A DNA stretch of 62,174 bases, counting the filler, from Rhabdomonas costata (Eukaryota), in the NCBI GenBank assembly GCA_019059605.1. It is 18 parts of 18 records of this genome, joined end to end, with 100 filler letters (N's around TTAATTAATTAA, not from the genome) between each part and the next. Parts side by side here need not be neighbours in the genome. Positions count along the whole stretch, not along the records: positions 38,097 to 41,451 come from JAHMHO010000957.1; positions 41,552 to 44,904 come from JAHMHO010000958.1; positions 45,005 to 48,361 come from JAHMHO010000959.1; positions 48,462 to 51,814 come from JAHMHO010000960.1; positions 51,915 to 55,268 come from JAHMHO010000961.1; 13 more parts are not named here. One strand, given 5' to 3'. The notes beneath the pieces are model-generated. The model saw only the letters and a program-made list of their open reading frames with translations. It was not told the DNA's origin and did not search any database. Shown here one piece after another: positions 39,313 through 52,259 of this stretch (position 1 is its first letter; every line of letters begins with the position of its first letter). Made by a program: the position numbers and the translations under genes.

Positions 39313-40840
39313 TCGGCTATGAGTCGCAAGGGGATGGCCAACTCGGTACGACATGGAAGACCGCCATGACGCAGCGAGGGGTGGACAGGAAAGAGGCCGA
39401 TGGGCCGGTGCCGGATCGCTTTGAGAGTTTTCGCACATGGAGGAATTTCGCACTGCAGCAGAGCTGGTGGTGAAGTCGAGAGGTAAGTATGAGTTTGGTT
39501 TCCTATAACGCGCAGAGCGTGTATTTGTGTGTGTGGATGTGCATCGGGATGTACACCCGTGCGTGTCGTCGGTGCCAGTAGTCGCACCTGTCCACCACGT
39601 GCCATCCTGTCACAGGAGGAGCAGCGCGCTGAGGAGCAGTGGAAGCAGAAGCTGGAGCTCCAAAAGCAAGATCGGTTTCTCCTCTTTCTCTCTCTCTCTC
39701 TGTCTCTCTTCGCTCCAGCACATTATGGCCGTTTCCCCGATACACGAGTGCCCTTGCATCACGTCATGCCAGAAGTCTGCTGATTGGGAAGGTTTAGAGA
39801 GGCGGCAAATCGAAACCCGCAGTGGCTTGCTCGTGCGACTGGAACCCAGACAGCAGGAGTCGAGTGGACCTCTACAACAACCCCAAAGGTCTGCCCGCAC
39901 GCCATCCGTTCAATGCGGCTCTTGGGGAATCAGACCATTTTTCAGGCAGGTGGAGCCTTTCTGTAATTATTGCTGAAGCGAAGCCCTCAAAAGGACTTCC
40001 AGTTTGAGTTGAGGTGAGCAGAATTTTAATGAGGGAGGGGTTTGTTTTCTGCGTAGGCTGCTGCAGCTGGAGCGGGAGCGCAAGGCCAAGGAGGAGGAGG
40101 AGCTTGCTGAGAAGCAGGTGTGCGTGTGGAATTTTCCAAGATGGCAGAACCTCTGGGACGAGTGAATCGGAGAGACAGGGAGAAGGCGTGTGATTGGTTG
40201 CACCCGTTTCCCCAAGCTGACACCTTTTCTCTGGGCCCTTGTACCCTTGGAACCCAAAGAAGCAGCTCCTCTTCCAGAAAAACGACAAAACGACGTTTAG
40301 CGACGGTTGACGTTTCTCGCTCGTTTTCTATTTGTTCGTCCGAAAGGTCTCATTTAGTCGTCGTATCAACCTGGACGCATTTTATTCACTTTTTGTACAC
40401 ATGAGCGTGAAGATCTTATTTTCGTTGCCAGCTTTTTTTTTACATAATGGCGATCAAAAAGCCAAAGCACCAGGATGTTGACGCATTGCTTCCTGCTATC
40501 CCCTGCAGTATCGTCTCTATCAACATCCCAGGGGCAGGTGCATCGCCCCAGTTACCCTTTGAATGATTACCCCCCCCCCAATTTCAATGAGGCAAGCATT
40601 CTGATCCCGCTGGCGCTGGTGATCCTCGGATGAGGAGAGGGTATTTTCATTGGGGGCTCAATTTGATAGAGGGGCATGGGGCTTCCCGCGCAGCAAAAAG
40701 AGGCTGAGCTGAGGGCCGCTGCGGCGGGGGGCACCCCACGGCCGCTGCCCATTGAGATGGGACCCCGCACGTACACCTACGCGGAACTGAAGACGCCCTC
40801 GAAGATAGGGCCGGCCCACATCAACGTCGCCAAGCGGGAG
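38358..40840 (+). CDS. E/K/R-rich coiled-coil or single-alpha-helix protein with probable villin-headpiece start (5 exons)
   Basis: Exons 38358-38461 (GC donor), 38841-39015, 39616-39674, 40057-40117, 40670-40840 join in phase. An ER/K-rich helix is followed by RTYTYAELKTPSKIGPAHINVAKRE, resembling the headpiece pattern YxxExL...PxxVDxxxRE. Confidence 0.7.
39272..39310. repeat. (CA)n microsatellite
   Basis: About 19 CA units inside an intron; similar imperfect tract at about 55790-55826. Confidence 0.9.
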
Positions 40841-41564
40841 GTCCGGCCTGCGCCACCCCACCCCAGCCACGAGCCACGCTCCTCTGCTGTCGAGTGATGC
40901 GGAATTTCCATGCTATGCATGGGTGGGAAATGATGGGATGGTTTTTTTTGGGGGGGGGGGCTGCGTGCGAGCTAGGCTATGGTTTACCACCCAGTACTCA
41001 TGGCCCGCTTCTGTTTTATTGCTTTTCAATGGTCATTGTCATTCCCGAACGTGCTAAATGTGTAAATATCTATCCATGCGAAAAAAATTCACACCACACG
41101 CAAAAAGACTTGAATTGAAAATCATCATAATTTCTGTTTCGGGGTGTACCCTAGCTTTTTTCATTCAACCTCCCCCTGCATAACCTTTGCAGCGCGCATT
41201 TCTGGGTAGTGATGGGACCAGAACATCGCATGTATCCTTCGATGGGCAGTTGGCCTCTGTCTCCACCACACGACGCGACGGACACGATGTCTCTCGTACA
41301 TATGTGTGATGTGTGCTGCACACCGACCCCTGTTGCATTCCGGGACCTTGGCATCATCTGTCTGCTTCAGCCCTCTTCTGACCTGGATCCCCCCTAGAGG
41401 GGATGTCCACTTGCTCACATTCCTCTGATGATCTGATGTCTCCCAACAACCNNNNNNNNNNNNNNNNNNNNNNNNNNNNNNNNNNNNNNNNNNNNTTAAT
41501 TAATTAANNNNNNNNNNNNNNNNNNNNNNNNNNNNNNNNNNNNNNNNNNNNTGTTTTTTTGCAG

Positions 41565-44548
41565 CAACAAAAGAGCCAATCAGACCCGACCCGGTCTTCA
41601 ATGATCAAAGACTTGTGGAGAAGCTGCGCGACCTTCGTCTGGGTCCTTCGGAAGCAAGGGTGTTTGCCTTTTGACCTACCTCTGCACATCCGTTCACCGA
41701 AGAAGACCTCAACATTAGTAAGTAAAAGGTGCACCGAATTTTTTTGTGGAAAAACGCTAAGTGGGGTGGTGACATGCTTCAAAAGAAACAGAGGGATTGT
41801 AGTCAATGATGGGCCCGTTTTGCTTGAAACGTTTTGACTGCAGTGGAATTGCAATCTTTTTTCTTTATTCGAGTGTCGAAAACGATGGCGAAGACGATGG
41901 CGGTCGATGACGTGAGTTTTTAGCGCACTCCAATAGCGGGCTTGGTTGGTGTACGAAAGACCACATGCCTGCTTCGGCTTAGCTCTCATCAAGAATGATG
42001 TTTGTCTCTGTTGTTCTCATTGCGGAACAGGAAATTTGTGCTGTGCTGGAAGCAAAAGCTGCTTCAGCAGTTCATTCCCTTGAATTTCAGGTCTTTGCAT
42101 GGTTTGGAGAGGTCAACGTTCACGTTTGAGGCAACAATATGTCCCTTCTCAACAGTTGCACGTCTCTCCGATTTTTTTTTTTTGAAAAGGAGGGAATGGG
42201 GACAGAGAGCCGGACCAGGCAGGAAAGCCCTGAGGTGCCGGCTTCTTGACTGGAAATGTTCTTTCTCTCCAGATTCGGACAGGCCTGTATAGGCCTGCCC
42301 GTGAAGCAATTTGTTCAGTGACGACTGGACTGACCGCATCCTCAGATAAACGTCCAAAGTCCGCCGATCTCACGGGGCATGGCGCAGAATCGCGGGGCAA
42401 AAGCAGAAGGGAAGGTGGCCCAATTCGCTCGCAGCCTCAAGCAATCCACATGGGAAGCGTAATTTGGCACCAAAATGCCCGCCGAAAAAGTTTCGAAAAA
42501 TGTGTTTGTCAAAAAAATGCTGGCCCCTTGCTCTCATTTCATTTTTACCCTGACAATTTCTCAGCAGGTGATTTCTGTGAGGTGTCTGATGTCAGCAGGT
42601 GATGTCTGTGAGGTCTGTGGGACACTTTATTGGCAAAACAAGCCACACTACAACAAGTCGGGCAAAAATAGGCTGGGATAGGAGATGAGCAGCTCAAAGG
42701 CTATGATGTCCTTGTTGCGCATTCAAAAAGACAGAGCAGGAGAGCGTGCTGCCAAACAGTGTAAGTTCGGCCCATGCTGGAAGCATCTTGGAAGTAAGAG
42801 CCAAACCCCAAGAAAGTTGCCAAGGACCTCGGCGCGGAAAGCTCATATGTATCTATGTGTGCTTCAGGAAAGAAAGGTGCGGGAAGAGCAGCAGTTTCAG
42901 CTTATTGAGGCGGACGAACTCCAGACGAGTTTGACCATTGCGTGCTCTGAAAAGGTGTTCGACACGTGTCTGAAAAAACGCGATGCGTTCCTGGCACAAG
43001 ATACCTTAGCAGATGAACTTCGAGAGTTTGGTTGCTTGTAAACAACCTGAACGGCAACGTGGGCCCTCTGCGGCAGGCATGAATTTCGCAAATTTCGCAA
43101 TTGTATGCTTTCTAGAGTGGGTATAATAGCCAAAACAGAAGTACCACGGCACATTTCACCAGATTGACTTTCTTTGACCGACTGCGCTTTTGCTGTGCTA
43201 AGAGCCTCACCGTTTTCAACTTGAGTCGCCGGCGTGTGGTATGGGGCGCAGGACCGTGCTGCTTTTTTTATAGATGGGGTAAATGGTTACCAAACAGTAC
43301 CGTGGGACCGATCCTTTATAGCCCCCCCCCCCCGGAAATTCTATCGCCGTTACTTTTGCTAAGAATTACAATTCGAAGATAAACCTAAAACCCTTTCAGA
43401 CCCGGCGAACAAGCGCGTCACTCCCGCTTGTCTTGCCCTTTTTCCCGATCTGTTTGGGATCGTGATCATCAGTTATTGTTTCTGCTGCTTCTAGTTTGTT
43501 TTTCTGGCGTACTATTAAGGATGGCACGTTTCGCTGCAACTTAGCTGTACATTCCTTTGTGTTAGGCACATCCCATCACGGCACTGCGTCATCCCAGTTT
43601 AAGCTCATTCGCCAACTGTGTTTTTCGTTTCCTCTTTGATACAGTCGGATTTGGAGACCCGGCTGTCTACAATCCAAAATCTGGCCTTCTCTCTCCAGCC
43701 TCCCAGTGCCACAAGACCTGTCGACGTCGACCTGATTGGGTCACCGTCCTCCGCCTTGGCGCACCAGTGTGTTGGCTTTTGTTGTGGCTGTGCTCTGTCG
43801 TTCACTATGCGCAGAGTTTTTGGTGAATGCCTTCGGCCAACCAAAATTAACTGCACCACCACTTGCGTGTATTGTGGCCTCCAGCTAGTCCGTCCGCCCC
43901 CCCCCCTCCACACACGCACACAAGACTGCGAGGTCAAAATCACACAGCGTTTCCTGTCACGCTTGAGAAGGCGATTGCGACGGTCAGATGGCGCATGCTA
44001 TCAATATTGTCTGAAATTTACTTGTTTTCTAAAAGGGCCTTTTAAACTGTTGCCGTGGTGTTGACGACTTTGAGCTTATTTTCTCTTCTGTAATCTCACT
44101 GGAGGAGGATGTGATTCGTATGGAGTGTTCTGAGAACGCAATTATCTGACTGCTGGCTGAGAACTGTTGGACTGCTGGGGTTTGGCAGAAAATAGGACGG
44201 AATTGTCTGAAGTCTGAGGTGGATGGGTTCTTTTTAACATTTGAAGGCTTTATCCTGAAAAAGACGATAGCATTAGGTATAACGATGCAGAAATGTTCAT
44301 AAAGTAAAGACTCACGGTTTATAAAGTTCTTACAAGTGGTTTATAAACATTCCTGTCAACTTTATAAAAAACTGACCAGGGAGCCCAGATAATTGCGCTC
44401 AATCTGATGGGAAATCATGCTGGTGTTTTTTCTTCCATTCACGAGGTACTATGAAAGCTTGTCGGCGGACTACGCTGTGGACGACGTGATTTATGCTCTG
44501 AACCGAGCCTTGGAACTGAAAATCCTTGATTTTGGCACGTGGCTGAAG
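41565..44548 (+). CDS. VPS23: ESCRT-I subunit VPS23/TSG101 (coiled coil and core domain, 5 exons)
   Basis: Exons 41565-41659, 42031-42090, 42868-42954, 43645-43766, 44446-44548 (GT-AG, in phase). VDVDLIGSPSSALAHQ|YYESLSADYAVDDVIYALNRALELKILDFGTWLK matches the Vps23 core (steadiness box) QxxxxxAxDxAIEDxIYxLxxALxxxxIxxxxxLK. Confidence 0.82.
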
Positions 44549-45599
44549 GTCGAACCGCAATTTGTCTTTATCTTGTGATACTAGGCAATGGACCCGTACA
44601 GCCCCCGCCCTCCCCCCATCTCTCTTCATGGTAAACGACAGCCTGTTATTGAGTTCGCAGGTTGGTTGATCGGGTTTTGGTTGTTTGCTTGTTTGCTTGT
44701 TTGCTCAATGTGTTCGCAACTTCTTCGAGTTCCACCGCGGTCCCTTCCCTTTTCCGCAGTCCTCGCCCATTGTGCTTTTTGTTAGTCTGCTATTAGCGAG
44801 CGAAATTAGAGCCGCCTTGGCGGCTTCCCACCTTGTCCCTTTCCCGACGACCCAAAGCGAGTTTTCAAAAAAAACACCAAATGAAAATAAAATGATACTA
44901 GGCANNNNNNNNNNNNNNNNNNNNNNNNNNNNNNNNNNNNNNNNNNNNTTAATTAATTAANNNNNNNNNNNNNNNNNNNNNNNNNNNNNNNNNNNNNNNN
45001 NNNNGGTGGGTTGGAATCCCAGGGGACACGGGTGTCGCCTTCCTAACCCTCTGCAAAAGCTTCTATTGGAATCCCATGGGGCACGTGCATCGCCTCCTAA
45101 CTCCGAATGTATAATGTGTAGAATGCCTATATAATGGCTATAATGGGGTATTATAGCCATTATACTATAATGAAATTATACTATAGTATCATTATACATT
45201 ATATAAAAACAATCGATGCACCTCCTTCGCCCATAAGTTGGACGAAACACCATGGGCTTCTTCCACTCGCAGTGACGTCATTGGAGTGACGGGTACCCGT
45301 GCAAGCCATGGAATACCTCAAAAGTCATCCACACAATCAGAAACACATTATGCAAAAGAATTTGAGCATACCATTCCCCCAAAACCCTGCTCGGTGCATT
45401 CTAACGCTTAATAATTCAGATAGCACCCCAAAAACTCACCCTGCATTTGTTGACGACTCCAGCCTTCAGAGGGAAAGCGAGCGCCATTGCAGCTGTAACA
45501 TTATTCCTTTCCTCGCATTTCCGAATGATTTTTGCTTTAGTGGGATGGCTGGGCAACAACCTTATGGGCAGGCAACACATGAGGGCGGCCCAGAATCCG

Positions 45600-47495
45600 G
45601 GAGCCAATATCTCGAAGCGCCGCCCGAGAGGCCATCGCTTCTCCGGAGGGGACTGCGCAGGCACAGCGTGGGAAACTGACAAAATTGGGCCCAAAAGGAA
45701 AACACAAATCAAGGTGCTTCGGGGGTCGAGAACGAAAGGACAAAGAGTACCAAGAGGGACAGCCCGGCCAATTCTTTTTTCTTAGCAGCTGAATCCTAGT
45801 GCTGGCTAAGGACTCTGAAACGGCTGGGATAATGGGACAGCATTAGTTTAGGAGCAAAGGCCAAAGGCCATCGGCGCCGCAGCCGGAGCGTCCGGATGAG
45901 GCGGAGACGTGCCCTGAGGGGTAACGGTTACCACCGGAATGGTACGCAGGACCTTTGAGGGTTTTTGTCTTCTCTTTCTGAAAGCTGTGAAAAGAATCTT
46001 ACGCTCCTTCGCGGCTTCTCACAGCTGCACACCGAGCCAATGCTCACTACGCAAACAAACAAACTTCGGCATCACACACAAAATTATCATACATCCAAGC
46101 AGGCACCGTATCACACCTAGACAGACACCTATCACCCGGAAGCACAAACCGGTGACCCTCTACAACCCGGTGTGCAGTGAGCGAATGCGCTGAGGGCGCG
46201 CTTCAGCTGACTGCCGAACGGTCAAGTTACACGGATGTGCAAATCACGGAGGTTGGCTTCCTCCACATCACCGCCCCCTGTCCAGCGGTGGGGCCGAAAG
46301 TCTTCACCCCGGAGTTGTCTTTCGCCTCTTTGGGGGTGCCCTACCAGAGGACTCTTCAAGAGGCAGTGCACCGGGCTCGCCAATGGACTGCTCCGCAGCA
46401 TCCCCAGCCTACCAATGAATTTCGCAGAACGCGGGAAAAAATCTTGCCTAATATGTGGGGATCATTCTTTTCCTAATTTAGCCACTCCACGCATCGTCAG
46501 AGAGGTGGTCGAACTCTGCTCAAAATTAACCCACATTGAGCTGAGTGGAAAGGGTAAACACTACACGGATCCGTCAGGCACCGATTTCAGCTCGAATCCA
46601 TATCACGGTCCAACACGCTGGATCAACTAGTCGTTAGGCTGAAGGCAACTCTTGCCCCATCCTAACCAGGCCATCCCCCGTGGAACATCGGGACCACCAG
46701 GTGCCTGGGGAGATAAGCTGGGCCTAAGGTGCCTGAAGTTGAAGTTGAAGTTGAAGTGGAGTGTCCAGCAGTCGCGAGAAGATAATGGCTGAAAAGTTCT
46801 CCTTCCTCTCTCCTCCCCTCTCTCAAGCACGGGGCTCTGTCGCTTCTTTCCGAAATAAACACTCACAAAAAAAACGTACCGAATGGGAAGGGAGGGAGCC
46901 AACTCCCAGGCGGGCGATGCGGTCCTGGAAGTGTCCCGCCACCAGCCTGGCCCGCAGAGGAGCCAAGGGCCCAGCCAGCCCTGGCGAATGCAGCAGCTCT
47001 AGGTTGCCCTCGTTGGCCTAAGAGCGGTGAACGGGGTGGACCAGATTTTGGAGGTCAACGATATAGTTTGGTGGGGTGTCATACGATTCAACGCTGTTGA
47101 GGGCGAGGAACTAAGAACCACACTTCAAAGAAGCGAGCTGGAAGCAGTGGGTACGCGGAACACAATAGCCCGAAAGATCAGCGCTGGTTGCACCGAGAGT
47201 GGAGAACAATTCCCTGAAACGAGAAAAATTTGTCCTCGAAGGAAGAGTTTTTGCATTACAAATGGGACATAGGTCTCAACGGTCAGCTTTTCTGCGTATC
47301 TTTCATGGGCGAGAAAAGAGGTGGTGAAGAGGAGAGAGCTGAATTACAGAAGACCCTCGCCTCCCACTCTCCCCGCTCCCGCTTCGTCAGGCACCAGCTG
47401 AAGAGCAGCTAAAAAGGACCGCGCGACGTGAACCGCGCGGATGGTGGACATGCCCTCCTCGACCACCATCCCCGAAAACTCCTTCTCCGTGCCCT
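45600..47495 (-). CDS. Probable multi-exon gene of unknown function (exons not resolved)
   Basis: Several GC-rich blocks preceded by AG on the minus strand, e.g. GTEKEFSGMVVEEGMSTIRAVHVAR (~47420-47495) and ELLHSPGLAGPLAPLRARLVAGHFQDRIARLG (~46905-47000). No family recognised and phases not fully reconciled. Confidence 0.3.
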
Positions 47496-48469
47496 GCGGT
47501 GGCCCATCCCACCCCATCGACCCCATTTAGAGCAGGGAAAAAACCAATATACTAACATTCTGCAACTGTTAGTTCGAGTTGAGAAGGAAAAAGGGTAGCC
47601 CTTGGCCCTAATGGACCAGGCGGAATCGCCTACAGCAGCAAAGTAGTTAAATAAAGCAAAGTTTTCGCATGAGCACTTTCATCACATTCACTGGGGAAAC
47701 GGCATAATCGGGGACACTTGCTCTTGAGCCTTGCCTGGTGAAAGGCATTACCATTCAAATCACACATCACGCATTCACCCACAGAGCTTTTCACAGGTTT
47801 TGAGGGGGAAGGAAGATGACTTCCGCAGCCTTCACGAGAGGCTGGGAGGATCATATGTGCACGTCTCCAGATAAAAAGTTGAGATGGGAAACAAACAAAA
47901 ACCAGCAGGTAATCACCTGGACGCTCTTTTTTTGTTTTGATGACGCCTGCTACTGCAAGAACTTTTGTGCTGCAGTGCTGTTTTTTGTGGGGCGGTGGGG
48001 GGGGGGGGGGCAGGAGGAACGCCCAAGTTGTGTACGGGACACCGTTGTGCTAGTTTGTGTCCACACATGCATCATTAATACTCAGAGAACTTTGACATCC
48101 CCCCCTTTTTTTCTCACCCTTTTTCTGATTTCACTGCAAATATATGTGACTTCTCGCTGAGTGGCTTCGCCGAGAAGCTGAAGACTGCATTGCGGTTGAG
48201 CACAGCTACTTCGCCTGGGTTGTTCCAGCGCGTATTTTATGATCCACCTCAACGTTAAGCCCCCCTCGCTTCCTTCTTACCTCTCTGGTCCTTGCTTTGC
48301 AGGGGTCAACCTTGAGCAAACCTTAGCCGAGCTGAAGGTTGTGCTGCTGGCCGCCCAGAAGNNNNNNNNNNNNNNNNNNNNNNNNNNNNNNNNNNNNNNN
48401 NNNNNTTAATTAATTAANNNNNNNNNNNNNNNNNNNNNNNNNNNNNNNNNNNNNNNNNNNNGGGGTTGT

Positions 48470-48529
48470 GGCTGTCGTCCCATTCATGATTCCTGCATCG
48501 TACAAAACATCATGAATGGGACGACAGCC
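48470..48529. repeat. Perfect 21-bp inverted repeat with 18-nt loop
   Basis: ggctgtcgtcccattcatgat (48470-48490) and atcatgaatgggacgacagcc (48509-48529). Confidence 0.9.
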
Positions 48530-48688
48530 TCAACATCACATGGTGATTGGGCAACGCAGCAACTGAAAGATCTTTTTTCTGGTATCTCGATGTCACTGAT
48601 GGTTGCCAAAAGTCTAATTCTCCCTCTTCTTTTCCGTCCTCTCAAATGCAAAGCAACTCTTCGGATGGAGTGGGTCTACTTTTGCTAG

Positions 48689-51600
48689 GGCTTTCGGCAA
48701 GAGAACGAGGCTCTCAAGCGTACTGTGGAGCAGCTTAACATGGAGTCAGGCACCTTGCGCAAGTCCTGGGCCGCCACAGAGTCCTCCCTGCGTGACTTGC
48801 AGACGCAGTACGCCCTCAAAGAGAATGAGGCGTGTGTGCATGTCTGCGCTGTCTTGTGGTTTTTCTTCTCCGTTCACCCCAACTTTTCTGGGTGGCAGGA
48901 ACGGGCGCTGGCACCGTCCCGGTGAAATATTGACAGCTTTCCCCAACCACCTACGGGCAGTGGCGGTGTCGGGAACGCCACCCAGCTTTGCGCAGAGCGT
49001 CGCTCAATCGAACCAACCGAGTCGCAAGACGAAGCTCTTTTGCAGCCGCATTGAGGTGTCGGGGGGGGGGGAATGTCCTTTGTGATCTTTTGTTCCAGGT
49101 TCACGTACTGCATCGAGAGGTCGAGTTGCTTTCTGTGGGCTCCTCCCCGGTGGTCGCGCCCTCTACCCCGCCCTCGATGAAGGACGGTGGGGACCCCGCA
49201 CTCTCCCTGCCCTCCTCCCAGCTCACGACCCCATCTCGCGGCACCGGGGGGATGGGCAACGTGGAGAGGGGCCTGCTGGCCGAGATTCAGGAGCTTCGCA
49301 ACCAGGTGGACCCATGCCCTAGGCACATTGGGGTGGGGATCTATGTGCGTGAAGGTGCTCGCACGTACGCTTTCCACGCAGCTGATGTGATCCTGGGGGA
49401 TCTCGAGTTTGCACAATGTTGTGCTGCACATTTGCAGGAGCAAGGGGAACCTGACAGGAACGAAACAGAATAGAATTGCAGAGCTAAGAACCCGTCAAGA
49501 TGAAGGGTGGACTGTGTCCGTCGAAAAGCAGTGGCAACGGACCGTCTTCGGATTTGGGAGAGTGGAGTTCTATTTGTTTTGGGGTCCTTTCACTTCGTAC
49601 CAGATTTGCACCCGGAAGTTCAGAATTGGGGTACCGGGCGGGGGAAGGACCACGTCATTTGGTCCTTTCCCAATCTCCTTCTGTTCGCTTGCTGTACTGG
49701 GTTACCACCGAGCCCCCTACTCCCAATCTCTACTTATTGCTTAGTGCACATTTGAATCCCGTTCATTTGCATGCCATGTGCATCTGTGCGCTTGCAATCT
49801 GTTCGCGATGAATGAGCATTTGTGTCATTATCCCTTCACTCTCCTTTCACTTTTGTGACTCACTCACAACTCTCAGCTCACTCTTCTACAAGCGGAGCAT
49901 GCTCAGTGTGCGCTGAAGAGCGAGGTAACCTCTGAAGAGCCGAAGGTCCCCACCGTTACTGCTGAGGTTCTGGTGAAATTTTTGTCAGTATTTTTGTGTT
50001 ATGTTTTTGTGTTATGTTTTGGGGTTTTGAGGAGGGATGTTTCCCATAAGGTTTCCTCAAAGATGGGAGTTTTCCTCTCTAAGAGCAACATCTATAGTGC
50101 TGAAAAGGTGCATATATATGCTGGCTTTTAAGCACAAATGTTCTTTCCCAAACGCATTCATAACTTTAAGAGTAACAAGCCTTGGGAAATCAACAACTCA
50201 AAATTCACCAAAAGTTGGGCAAAGTCTCAGATATTGTCAGATTCCACAGTGATCCCCACACCAAAGCTCCAAACCAGTGCACGTGCTCTCTTTTTTCGTT
50301 GGTGTTGATTTATTTCTCCTGGTGAATGAGCGGCTTCACTAATATTCAGCCTTTCTTCTTGGACTGTTCAGCAGCCTGTGGAAGTGTGCTGTAGTCCGCA
50401 CGGTGTTGCAATAACCGGATCGGAGCAGGTGGAAAAAAAGGTTGGGTTTCCTTCCGTCGGGCCAACTCCTCAAGAATCTGCTTGAATCAGGTCAAATTCA
50501 TCCTACTGTCAAGCACCAAACAGTTGTTCTGCGGGTGACCTGTTCCTTCACTGCGGACCGAAGTAGTACTTTGTATGGAATGTTAAACGGTTGTAATGGT
50601 GCTAAATATCGAACCCGGTGGTTGAAAACAGTACCATCCCAAATTACTTAGTCAGAAGGCCCACACCCTTTAAAACCATCAAAACCGTTTAAAGAAAACA
50701 TGTCGGCTCACCCCAATACATCCGACTCCGTTCACTGCTCTCAGGCTGCAGGGCCCTCCGCGGGCAGTGGGGATGCCCCCGCGGCGGACGGGTTCTCGGA
50801 GCAGCCCCGCAAGCTGATGCTGCGGTTGGAGGAGTGCCGCCACGAGATCAGCGAGCTCAAAGCCCAGCTGCACCGCGCCACTTCGCAGCAGCAGGAGCTC
50901 TCTGCCACCCTAGCGGAGGAGCGGGAGAGCTTTGCGAAGCGGTACCTCTGGGAATGGTGGGGGGGGGCCTTTGCGAAGTAAAGATCTTTACACGGTTACA
51001 CCTCAGAATTGCACCAATATAGGTACTGTATCCCGCGTCATGAACCTTCCTTTTAGCATTTCTCATGGCTGCGAACCTTCGAAAGAATTTTTGCTGCCAC
51101 GTAAATATGAACGCAGTGAACTCCGCCTCTTTTTTATATGAGTGAAGACACAAGGAAGTGACGTCGGTAGATCATAAATTCGCTGTGCTGAACTCGATGA
51201 TGGTTAATGAGGCTGAAGTAACCAGGTTCAAGTGCCTCCTCCTACGTTTTACCCAGTACAGGGATGCACACTTCCTTTGTCTGTCTGGGTTGCTTGCCAC
51301 CGCATTGCCATCTGCAGCGTTGACTGTGTGCAAGGGAACGTGGCTCGCCTCCTGACCCACCGCAAAGTTTCTGCTCGAATCCGCTGAATTGGGTTATCAT
51401 TCTGTGTGGTTGGGCACCCTATCTCATTACACTGGAATCGAGTGACCCCGAAAGGAAAAGTCGAAGGGTAACTAAATCATGCACCAAGCTCGAAACTTTC
51501 ATGCAGCATGTGTATGAATACTCACGGCTATTTTCTTTGTTGTAACCGCCAGCTGGAACGCCCTGTGCTCCGGATGAGAGTGTATGCGTCGCACAATACT

Positions 51601-51802
51601 AATATGTGTGCAACCCTTCACACCCAACTCAGTATGTCACAAAACACCCAGCGGATTCCGTACAGGTCCGCATAGGTCAGCACTGAGAACGGAAGTAGCA
51701 GCCCTGGGTCAGCCGACGTCATGAACAGATATATTGGCACAGTAGGGTTGAAGCTTCTTCTGTGACCCTCCAGGGAGGCGGGGCTGCGCGCGGACCTGGA
51801 GG
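48689..51802 (+). CDS. Unknown coiled-coil protein (fragment, at least 4 exons)
   Basis: Exons 48689-48829 (GC donor; or to 48835 with GT), 49099-49305, 50745-50941, 51774-~51802. Heptad-like stretches ENEALKRTVEQLNME, LLAEIQELRNQ, LEECRHEISELKAQLHR. Confidence 0.7.
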
Positions 51803-52259
51803 GTCACACAACAANNNNNNNNNNNNNNNNNNNNNNNNNNNNNNNNNNNNNNNNNNNNTTAATTAATTAANNNNNNNNNNNNNNNNNNNNNNNNNNNNNN
51901 NNNNNNNNNNNNNNTGTGTCCATGAACACAAATCAAAGGGAATAATTCATAGCTGACCCATACGCCGGAGCTGAAACTGCAGCTCATCCATAACCACGTT
52001 GATGTACCTGTGAAGACCACAACTGCGATCGGTCACCGCCACGAACAAAAAGCAACGCCTGCATCCCTCGTGTTCTAAAGTCACTACTCTGGACAGAGAA
52101 TGCACTCCCTTTAAGTGGGTCGGTATTCACGTGCGACAGAAAATAAATGGCGCTGAAGCTCAACCGCATTGGTCTTCCACTGAATCGCATGAGAGCACAA
52201 GAAACTTATCTGCGAGCTAAAAGCGAACAACAGGGGGAAGCGCACGGAAGGGCAATCAA

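Noticed and set aside
45100..45210. TATAAT-rich patch as a bacterial -10 promoter
   Set aside because: Eukaryotic context; low-complexity degenerate repeat.
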